The position numbers were made by a program, and so were the translations under genes. Below are positions 57,637 to 64,000 of a stretch of DNA of 64,000 nt, piece by piece. This DNA comes from an uncultured Chloroflexia bacterium (GTDB taxonomy: Bacteria; Chloroflexota; Chloroflexia; Thermomicrobiales; JALYUS01). The DNA lies in the NCBI GenBank assembly GCA_963763655.1, contig CAVXPY010000050.1:25809-89808 (forward strand). The letters are read 5' to 3'. Each line of letters starts with the position of its first letter. Within the stretch, counting starts at the first letter, position 1. The notes under the pieces were generated by a model. It was not told the DNA's origin. It saw only the letters and a program-made list of their open reading frames with translations, and did not search any database.

Positions 57637-58290
57637 ATGGAACCAATCGCGATCATCGATTACGGCGGCGGCAATGTCGCGAATGCCCGCAACGCCTTCG
57701 CGCACGAGGGCGTGGACGCGGTCATCACCGCAGACCATGACGTGATCCGGCGCGCGCCGGGCGTCGTTCTCCCCGGTGTCGGCGCGACCGCAGATGTGAT
57801 GGGCGGACTGGAGGCACGCGACCTCGTCCCGATCATCCATGAGGTGATCGACCGGGACACGACTCCCTTCCTCGGCATCTGCGTCGGCCTCCAGATCCTC
57901 CTCGATCGCAGCGATGAGGGCGATGCACATCCCTGTCTCGGCGTCGTGCCCGGTGTGGTGCGGCGGCTACCAACGGACATTATTGTGCCGCATATGGGCT
58001 GGAATGGCGTTCGTCAGACGCAGCGCCACGCCCTGTGGGAAGGGATCGCGGACTTCACGCCCTTCTACTTCGTGCACTCCTACATCAGCGACCTCGCGGA
58101 CCCGACCTGGTTGGCAGGAGAGACGGCATACGGCGTGAATTTCGCTGCGGCCATCGCGCGCGGTACTGTGATGGGCACGCAGTTCCACCCGGAAAAGAGT
58201 GGGGCGGCAGGGCTGCGTTTGCTCCGGAACTTCGCGGCCATCGCGACCGGCGCGCAGACGCTGCTCTCTGCCCCCGCCGCCGTTCGATGA
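57637..58290 (+). CDS. hisH: imidazole glycerol phosphate synthase, glutamine amidotransferase subunit
   Basis: IAIIDYGGGN, LPGVGA, GICVGLQIL (catalytic Cys), PHMGWN, FYFVHSY, GTQFHPEKS. Confidence 0.9.
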   Translation: MEPIAIIDYGGGNVANARNAFAHEGVDAVITADHDVIRRAPGVVLPGVGATADVMGGLEARDLVPIIHEVIDRDTTPFLGICVGLQILLDRSDEGDAHPCLGVVPGVVRRLPTDIIVPHMGWNGVRQTQRHALWEGIADFTPFYFVHSYISDLADPTWLAGETAYGVNFAAAIARGTVMGTQFHPEKSGAAGLRLLRNFAAIATGAQTLLSAPAAVR

Positions 58291-59018
58291 TCGTCATTCC
58301 CGCAATTGATTTGCGCGCGGGGAAATGCGTTCGCCTCCTGCACGGCGATTTTTCGCAGGAAACGGTGTACGGAGACGATCCCGTCGCAATGGCGCGCCAT
58401 TGGGCGGAGGCGGGCGCAACGCTTCTCCATGTCGTCGATCTCGATGGCGCGGCAGCCGGTAGCCCGCGACAAACTGCGCTGATTGCCGCCATCTGTGCCG
58501 CGATCGCGATTCCCGTCGAGGTTGGCGGTGGCCTCCGCACATTCTCGGACATCCAAACGACCCTCGCGGCGGGTGTGGCACGGGTCGTCCTCGGGACGGC
58601 AGCGATCGAGGACCCGGATCTCGTCACCGCAGCCCTCGCGCTGCACGGCCCGGAGCGGATCATCCTCGGCCTCGACGCGCGCGATGGTTATGTCGCTACC
58701 GGCGGCTGGTTAGAAACGAGCAGCGTCCGCGCCGTCGATCTCGCCCGCGCGATGGCGGGTCGCGGCGTGCGACACGTCGTCGCGACCGATATTGGCCGCG
58801 ATGGCGCGCGTACCGGCCCGAACACCGCGTTTCTCGCCGAGGTGGCGACGAGTGGCCTCGGCGTGATCGCCTCCGGTGGCGTGAAAGACCGCAGTCACCT
58901 CGCCCTCCTCGCGACGATCTCTGGTGTCGAAGCCGTCATCACCGGCACCGCCCTCTACACCGGCGATCTCACCCTCGGCCCCGGCGAATGGGAAGTTGGC
59001 GCGGCGCAGCCCGCCTGA
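58287..59018 (+). CDS. hisA: 1-(5-phosphoribosyl)-5-[(5-phosphoribosylamino)methylideneamino]imidazole-4-carboxamide isomerase
   Basis: The ATG overlaps the hisH stop (ATGA). MIVIPAIDLRAGKCVRLLHGDF..LHVVDLDGA..EVGGGLR..GTAA..DIGRDG..ASGGV. Confidence 0.9.
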   Translation: MIVIPAIDLRAGKCVRLLHGDFSQETVYGDDPVAMARHWAEAGATLLHVVDLDGAAAGSPRQTALIAAICAAIAIPVEVGGGLRTFSDIQTTLAAGVARVVLGTAAIEDPDLVTAALALHGPERIILGLDARDGYVATGGWLETSSVRAVDLARAMAGRGVRHVVATDIGRDGARTGPNTAFLAEVATSGLGVIASGGVKDRSHLALLATISGVEAVITGTALYTGDLTLGPGEWEVGAAQPA

Positions 59019-59084
59019 TCTTGCTGATCTCTATCCCCGCGTGCGATAGTCTCCGAACGGATGTACGCAACCCCGGAGGAACAG

Positions 59085-59354
59085 ATGGCCAGAGAAACGA
59101 TTGAAGAACGCATTCCCGTCGCCAAAGTGCGCGGTAATCTCGACGCGGTGATCGCCCATGCCCGCGAGACGAAGCAGCCCATCGTTGTGACAGACGGTGA
59201 ATGTGAAGCAGTCATTATCATTGATGCTGCACAATATCAGAAAGAAAGCGAAGAGCGTGAGACGTATCGCGCCCTTGTACGAGGCTTATCCTCCAAGAAA
59301 ATATATACACTTGAAGAGGTTGAAGCGGAACTTGACGCCACGCTGCACGAATAA
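59085..59354 (+). CDS. type II antitoxin, Phd/YefM family
   Basis: GGAGGA sits 5 nt before ATG 59085. IPVAKVRGNLDAVIAHARETKQPIVVTDGECEAVIIIDAAQY. Followed 2 nt later by the toxin gene. Confidence 0.8.
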   Translation: MARETIEERIPVAKVRGNLDAVIAHARETKQPIVVTDGECEAVIIIDAAQYQKESEERETYRALVRGLSSKKIYTLEEVEAELDATLHE

Positions 59355-59356
59355 GC

Positions 59357-59707
59357 ATGGCGAAAATTGTCCTGAAGGAATCAGCCCGGGAGTCGCTGAA
59401 TGCTATTGTCCGCACGCGGAGGCAACGTGTTGGATTCTTATCCGCGCGTGCCCTCCGAGAGCGAATTATGCATGGCATCTATCAGCTTCGTGATTACCCC
59501 GAACTCGGACGGAGACTCACCGAGTTTTCCGAAGCCAACCTTCGCCAACTGATCGTGCCCCCGTACCGGATTCTCTACGAGTTCGCAGATGATACCGTGA
59601 CAATCCTCGGAATCGTGCATGAGTTGTGTCCGGAATGTTCTGTACATTCCCCCACGCGGGTCAGCTGTCGAGCTGAGCGCTATCTCCCAAGTCACTCACT
59701 TCCTTGA
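59357..59707 (+). CDS. type II toxin, ParE/RelE superfamily
   Basis: 116-aa ORF. YQLRDYPELGRRL..LRQLIVPPYRILYEFADDTVTILGIVHE is the typical ParE core. The C-terminal ~27 aa are atypical. Confidence 0.7.
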   Translation: MAKIVLKESARESLNAIVRTRRQRVGFLSARALRERIMHGIYQLRDYPELGRRLTEFSEANLRQLIVPPYRILYEFADDTVTILGIVHELCPECSVHSPTRVSCRAERYLPSHSLP

Positions 59708-59787
59708 GGTCTACACGAGGCGGCTACGGGCCACCACCGCCTCGATTGGTCCTCACCCTTTGGCCCCTTCCGATGTGGTGAGCCCGA

Positions 59788-60519
59788 TCACACCGCCGCC
59801 ATGCGCCGCACAGATTCGCGGACTTCGTCCCAGGTCGGGATGCTGCGGCCCGCGCCGTCCTCGCACTGCACGTTCAGGTAGCCGCTGCGGAAGGGGCGGG
59901 CCAGCTTCTCCTCCGGCACGTACTGCCGCCGCGCGATGCAGCCGGTGTCGCTGCCGAGCAGGTGGAGCGAGACCGAGGTCATCTCCGAGGTCGTGCGCAC
60001 GCGGTGGATGTCGTTCTCCGGCAGCAGGGTGTAGAAGTCGCCGGGCGTGAGCGCGTTGCGCTCGGAGACGGCGAGATCGGCGAAGTCGTCGCGGGCGCCG
60101 TCGTCCCGCCGCCGGTAGACGACCTCATCCTGCGCGCCGCGGTAGAGCCCGACGAGCCCCCAGCCGAGGTGGTCGTGCACCGGCGTCTCCCGCCCCGCCC
60201 CCAGAACGAGGACGGAGAAGGCGAGGCTGCCGTCCCCGGCGCGGTAGAGGAGCCACATGCCGGTGTCGCTGCCCATGCCGCTGCCGGTGCTGCTCGCGCT
60301 CTCGGCGCGGGTTACCTGATACTCCGGCGGCAGCCAGTCCGGGTCGGCGAGGAGCTCGGCGAAGTGGGGGCGGATCATCTCGATGGCCGCCAAGGTGTCC
60401 GGGGCGGTGGTGCGGGCCTCGTCCACCGCCGCGATGAAGCGGTGCATCACCGGGGTATCGAGGATGTATTGATCCTCGCCGTTCAGCAGCATCGGCAGGT
60501 CATTGTGGAAATCGCACAT
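59788..60519 (-). CDS. cupin, cysteine dioxygenase type I-like (3-His) family protein
   Basis: 243-aa ORF. ETPVHDHLGWGLVGLYRGAQDE ... NDIHRV gives an HxH...H cupin metal site. Third codon positions are almost exclusively G/C, unlike the neighbours. Confidence 0.65.
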   Translation of the reverse strand: MCDFHNDLPMLLNGEDQYILDTPVMHRFIAAVDEARTTAPDTLAAIEMIRPHFAELLADPDWLPPEYQVTRAESASSTGSGMGSDTGMWLLYRAGDGSLAFSVLVLGAGRETPVHDHLGWGLVGLYRGAQDEVVYRRRDDGARDDFADLAVSERNALTPGDFYTLLPENDIHRVRTTSEMTSVSLHLLGSDTGCIARRQYVPEEKLARPFRSGYLNVQCEDGAGRSIPTWDEVRESVRRMAAV

Positions 60520-60661
60520 CGGGCCCTCCCTCCAAGATCGGCGTGTCCGGCGCGTGCATCATACGTGATTTCCAGGGTGCGGGGAATGTCCCCGCACATC
60601 CGGCGCGATAGCGGACGTCGGTGCGGGCTGGCTCAAGCAGCGTCTCCCTCGGGCGTCCGGT

Positions 60662-62018
60662 ATGTGCAGAATCGGGTGTCCAATATCGAGTCCCACCATG
60701 CTCCTATTTATCCAGGCAATCTCCCATCTCGCACCAGGGCGGCACCCTCGCTCATGTCGAGGTACCTCCGCCCGCTGACCCATTCCTCCGATTGCTCCAT
60801 GCACAAGGCCGTTACCAATCGCAGGCACGCCGCCGGGTTCGGGAAGATCCGCACCACCCGCGTACGGCGCTTGATCTCCTCGTTGAGTCGCTCCAAGCCG
60901 TTCGTTGTGCGGATGCGCACCCGATGGGCTAGCGGGAAGGCAAGACATGCCAGACAATCTTCGATACCCGCTTCCAGCAGCCGCGCAACCGCCGGATGGG
61001 ACGCATCCCACCGTGATGCCACCGCCTCGGACATCGCCATCGCCTGTTCCCGCGTCGTGGCCGCGAAGATTTCTCGCAGGTCCGCCGCGAGTTCCGCGCG
61101 TCGCCCTGCTCCGACCATGCCGACCAGATCGCGAGAAAAGTGAACCTGGCACCGCTGCCAACTTGCGCCCTGGAAGTGCCGGTCGATCGCCGCCTTCAGT
61201 CCCGCATGGCTGTCGCTCGTCACCAGCCGGACCCCGCTGAGTCCGCGCGCTTTGAGATTCCCGAAGAGGTGGTGATACGTCGCCACACTCTCGGTATCGC
61301 CGACTTCAACAGCAAGAATCTCTCGATGCCCATCCGCTCGGACACCGGCGACGATGAGCACCCCGTGGCTGACGATCTGCCCGCTCTGCCGGACGTGTTC
61401 ATAGCGCGCGTCGACGCTCAGATACGGGTAGGTCGTCTCCGTCAACGGGCGGTTCCGCCACGCTTCCAACTCTCCGTCCAACTGCCCGGCCAGCTCCGAG
61501 ACGAGACTCTTCGAGAAACTCGTCCCGCACAGCACTTCGGTGATCTCCCGCACCTTGCGCGTGGAGACGCCCTCGACATACATCTTCATGAGCGCCAGGA
61601 CGAGCGCCTTCTTATTGCGCTGGTAACGAGCGAAGAGTTGCGTCGAGAACGTCCCCTCCCGATCCTGCGGCACCTGCAAGGTGAGCGTGCCGACCCGCGT
61701 GTTGAGCTGTCGTGGCTTGTACCCGTTACGGTAGCCGGTGCGGGCCGCGCTGCGTTCGTAGGATTCGGCGTGCAGATGGGCCGTCATCTCTGCATCCAGT
61801 AGCTCTTGGACGACCCGCTCAACGATGAATCGCAGGAAGTCTGGATCATTCGTCAAGATGGTTTGTGTCGCTGCTGCCATGCCGGTACGCTGTCTGTAGG
61901 CCATCGTCTTCCTCCTTCGATTCGGTGAGTTGCCACTACCGATCGTGGAGGACGATGGCCGCCTGTCAAAGCGGCGTTCTAATTACAGAAGATTCTGGAC
62001 ACAACCCGTGCATGGGCG
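60662..62018 (-). mobile_element. IS256-family insertion sequence (boundaries approximate)
   Basis: Single transposase ORF flanked by imperfect inverted repeats. Left end is ATGTGCAGAATCGGGTGTCCAATATC (60662-60687). The reverse complement of the right end is ATGCACGGGTTGTGTCCAGAATCT (61995-62018). Length ~1.36 kb, as expected for the family. No clear target-site duplication seen. Confidence 0.7.
60708..61904 (-). CDS. IS256 family (mutator-type) transposase
   Basis: 398 aa. ..LLDAEMTAHLHAESYERSAARTGYRNGYKPRQLNTRVGTLTLQVPQDREGTFSTQLFARYQRN..MYVEGVSTRKV..YLSVDARY..VLIVAGV..Q.C.VHF.R are canonical IS256 transposase blocks. Confidence 0.9.
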   Translation of the reverse strand: MAYRQRTGMAAATQTILTNDPDFLRFIVERVVQELLDAEMTAHLHAESYERSAARTGYRNGYKPRQLNTRVGTLTLQVPQDREGTFSTQLFARYQRNKKALVLALMKMYVEGVSTRKVREITEVLCGTSFSKSLVSELAGQLDGELEAWRNRPLTETTYPYLSVDARYEHVRQSGQIVSHGVLIVAGVRADGHREILAVEVGDTESVATYHHLFGNLKARGLSGVRLVTSDSHAGLKAAIDRHFQGASWQRCQVHFSRDLVGMVGAGRRAELAADLREIFAATTREQAMAMSEAVASRWDASHPAVARLLEAGIEDCLACLAFPLAHRVRIRTTNGLERLNEEIKRRTRVVRIFPNPAACLRLVTALCMEQSEEWVSGRRYLDMSEGAALVRDGRLPG

Positions 62019-62128
62019 CGTCTCTCCCGTCGATGATGGAGATGACACAAGCCTCTTATAATCTCCCTTCATCATTACTACACATCTCGGACATCAACAA
62101 TCACCACCATCATGCCATTGCGCGATCA

Positions 62129-62160
62129 TTACGTACATGATAACGTACAGAATAACGTAC
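62129..62160 (+). promoter_or_regulatory. three direct T(T/A)ACGTAC repeats with 12-bp period upstream of the antitoxin gene (candidate operator)
   Basis: TTACGTAC (62129-62136), TAACGTAC (62141-62148) and TAACGTAC (62153-62160). The last ends 18 nt before ATG 62178. Confidence 0.4.
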
Positions 62161-62177
62161 GCCACAAAGGGGGAGCA

Positions 62178-62459
62178 ATGGTCATTAACATCGTCGAGGA
62201 CATCATCCCAATCACGAAGGTGCGGGACAACATCGGGTCAGTCGTCGAGCACGCGCGGGAAACAAAACGCCCGATCATGGTGACGCAGAACGGCACTGCT
62301 GCAGTGGTCATCATCGATGCCGTGCAGTATCAAAAGGAAATGCAGGAACGAGAACTCTTCCGTGCCATTCTCGAAGGGGAAGATGCCGTGCGTGCGGGAA
62401 AAGTAATCAGCATGGAAGAGATGGAAGCACATCTTGACGCGATCCTTGCCGAAGAATAG
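62178..62459 (+). CDS. type II antitoxin, Phd/YefM family (paralog of 59085..59354)
   Basis: GGGGGAG precedes ATG 62178. IPITKVRDNIGSVVEHARETKRPIMVTQNGTAAVVIIDAVQY. About half identical to the first antitoxin. Confidence 0.8.
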   Translation: MVINIVEDIIPITKVRDNIGSVVEHARETKRPIMVTQNGTAAVVIIDAVQYQKEMQERELFRAILEGEDAVRAGKVISMEEMEAHLDAILAEE

Positions 62460-62461
62460 TC

Positions 62462-62773
62462 ATGGCAAATGTGCAGTTAAGCGCGCCAGCAAACGATGCG
62501 CTCGCGCAGATCATTGCCCATCGACGAAGAGACGTTGGCTTCATGGCGGCTCGCGCGCTCCGTCAATGAATCACGGCGCGAATTTACCAACTCAGAGACT
62601 TTCCCGAATTCGGGCGGAAAATTTCTTCGTCATCCTATGACGACAGACGTGAGTTGGTTGTACCACCGTATCGTATTCTGTATCGCATCCTCGGTGATAC
62701 GGTCGTCATCCTCATTATCATCGATGCGCGTTCTCCGTTCCACATTGATGACGAGGATGAACCGGACATCTGA
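62462..62773 (+). pseudogene. ParE/RelE-family toxin interrupted by an in-frame TGA (62567-62569)
   Basis: ATG 62462 lies 2 nt after the antitoxin stop. MANVQLSAPANDALAQIIAHRRRDVGFMAARALRQ*ITARIYQLRDFPEFGRKISSSSYDDRRELVVPPYRILYRILGDTVVILIIIDARSPF.. is colinear with the 59357 toxin. The TGA aligns with an Arg codon (ALRERI) of the paralog. Confidence 0.7.
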
Positions 62774-62827
62774 TCTCCATGCCGGTTCGCCCTTGCCCGT
62801 CGCGCAGGGCCATGCGACACTCCGGGC

Positions 62828-64000
62828 ATGACGACGACGCTTGCTGCACCTGCCTCTCCCGCAACCGAATCCCCCCATCATCCGCTGACGTTCTGGCTGA
62901 TCGCGGCGCAGTACGCGCTCCTGGGCATCATGTTCGCGATGATCAGCGTCCTCTGGAAGGACATCATCGCTGCCGTGGCGATCTCCGAGGCGACCTTCGG
63001 GCGCATCCTCGCGATCATGCCGGTAGCGGGGGTACCGGTGATGCTCCTCGGCGGCTATCTCGGCGACCGGATTGGCCCGCGCCTCCTCCCCACAATCGGA
63101 TCGGCGCTGATGATCGTCTTCTGCCTGACGCTCGTTGGCCCGGCGTCCATCCTGCTCCTGCTCGTGGCGGTGATTGTTCAGGGGGTCGGTGCGGGCATTT
63201 ACGATGTCGGCATGAATGCCGCCTCCGTCGATTACGAGCGCCGTTCGCCGCGCAGTGTCCTCAACGCCTTTCATGCCTGTTTCAATGCGGGCGCGGTATC
63301 GGGCGCGATCGTGACGGGAGTGCTCCGCTCGGCCGGTGTCCCCTATCAGGCGATCCTTGCCGGGCTTGCCGCACTCTACGCGCTCATGCTCCTTGCGATC
63401 TGGAGCATCCCTGCTCCGGCGCAGACGAGCCATGCGACGGAGCAACGCGATTGGCGCGGCACACTCCGGGAGATGCGCGTGAACCCGACGATGCGGCTGA
63501 TCGCCGTCATCCTCTGCTGCGGGCTGGTCATCGAGGGGACGATGGCGAGTTGGGCAACGCTCTATCTGCGCAAAGACATTGGCCTGGCGGCGTGGGTTGG
63601 CGGCATCGGCTACGCGCTCTTCAATGTGACGATGACGATTGGCCGACTGACGAATCAGCGGTTACTCGCTCGCATCGGGCCACGCCCGGCGCTGATCGGC
63701 GCGGGCTGCGCGATTGTCGTTGTCGATGTCCTGACGCTCCTCACTGCCCAGCCGGTCCTCGTCATCCTCGGTTTCGGCGCGCTCGGCGTCGTCACGGCCG
63801 GTGTCTTCCCTACCGGGTTCATTGTGGTGGGGAGGATCGCGCCGGGAGCGATGGGGCTTGTCTCCGGCGTCCTGTTCGCGCTGGCATACTGCGCCTGGGC
63901 CGCATCATCGCCCGCTCGTCGGCGGTATCGCGGATGCGCTCTCACTCCGCCTTGCCCTCGGCATTCTCGGCATCCTCGGTACCCTCGTTGTCTACTGTGC
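62828..64000 (+). CDS. MFS transporter, 3' end outside the window (possible frameshift ~63900)
   Basis: Frame open from ATG 62828 to the window edge (not in the ORF track because there is no stop). Hydrophobic 12-TM-like sequence (GGYLGDRIGPR loop 2-3 motif). Near 63900 the hydrophobic continuation (LVGGIADALSLRLALGILGILG) is in another frame. Confidence 0.7.
   Translation, partial: MTTTLAAPASPATESPHHPLTFWLIAAQYALLGIMFAMISVLWKDIIAAVAISEATFGRILAIMPVAGVPVMLLGGYLGDRIGPRLLPTIGSALMIVFCLTLVGPASILLLLVAVIVQGVGAGIYDVGMNAASVDYERRSPRSVLNAFHACFNAGAVSGAIVTGVLRSAGVPYQAILAGLAALYALMLLAIWSIPAPAQTSHATEQRDWRGTLREMRVNPTMRLIAVILCCGLVIEGTMASWATLYLRKDIGLAAWVGGIGYALFNVTMTIGRLTNQRLLARIGPRPALIGAGCAIVVVDVLTLLTAQPVLVILGFGALGVVTAGVFPTGFIVVGRIAPGAMGLVSGVLFALAYCAWAASSPARRRYRGCALTPPCPRHSRHPRYPRCLLC

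Noticed and set aside
59619-61143. Plus-strand ORFs 59619..60050 and 59962..61143 across the cupin gene and the IS end
   Set aside because: They are antisense to the cupin and transposase genes, with an extremely Arg/Ala/Gly-rich translation. They are artefacts of very high GC.

Overview
High-GC bacterial chromosomal segment, about 60-65 % G+C by eye (not computed). It is densely packed with housekeeping, metabolic and envelope genes. The gene content and the very abundant G/C-rich palindromic intergenic repeats remind me of filamentous Chloroflexota; that is an inference and was not checked. I found no rRNA, tRNA or CRISPR array, and I cannot point to an obvious novel multi-gene system such as a defence island. 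Recognisable content: a frameshifted acyl-ACP-desaturase-like gene, hemolysin III, two paralogous MBL hydrolases, a secreted PQQ sugar dehydrogenase with PKD and SNase-like domains, and an ECF sigma/anti-sigma pair. Also a CBS-type family II pyrophosphatase, an M55 aminopeptidase, several MFS/NCS2 transporters, GGT, PanE and a heavily broken CFA synthase. A ribonucleotide reductase supercluster carries class II nrdJ next to nrdA-nrdB, and the NrdB has class Ic (Phe/Glu) signatures. A minus-strand envelope cluster reads GT2-DUF2064-epimerase-Mo oxidoreductase-DUF2079. Further on come a DUF1800-DUF1800-DUF1501 cluster followed by a beta-propeller/IPT protein, then hisH-hisA. A small mosaic accessory island reads Phd/ParE - very high-GC cupin gene - IS256-family element - Phd/ParE with a nonsense codon in the toxin. 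Items most worth a second look: (i) at least five families of structured intergenic repeats, including long hairpins built from tandem 7-nt units that abut stop codons, a ~70-nt hairpin with a conserved loop, and a ~135-bp double-hairpin element that also sits in-frame inside a CDS; (ii) about 20 reading-frame breaks in conserved genes, several on homopolymer or (CG)n runs, so probably assembly indels, but clustered at 36.8-40.4 kb; (iii) the class Ic RNR signature; (iv) the TA/IS256/cupin island.
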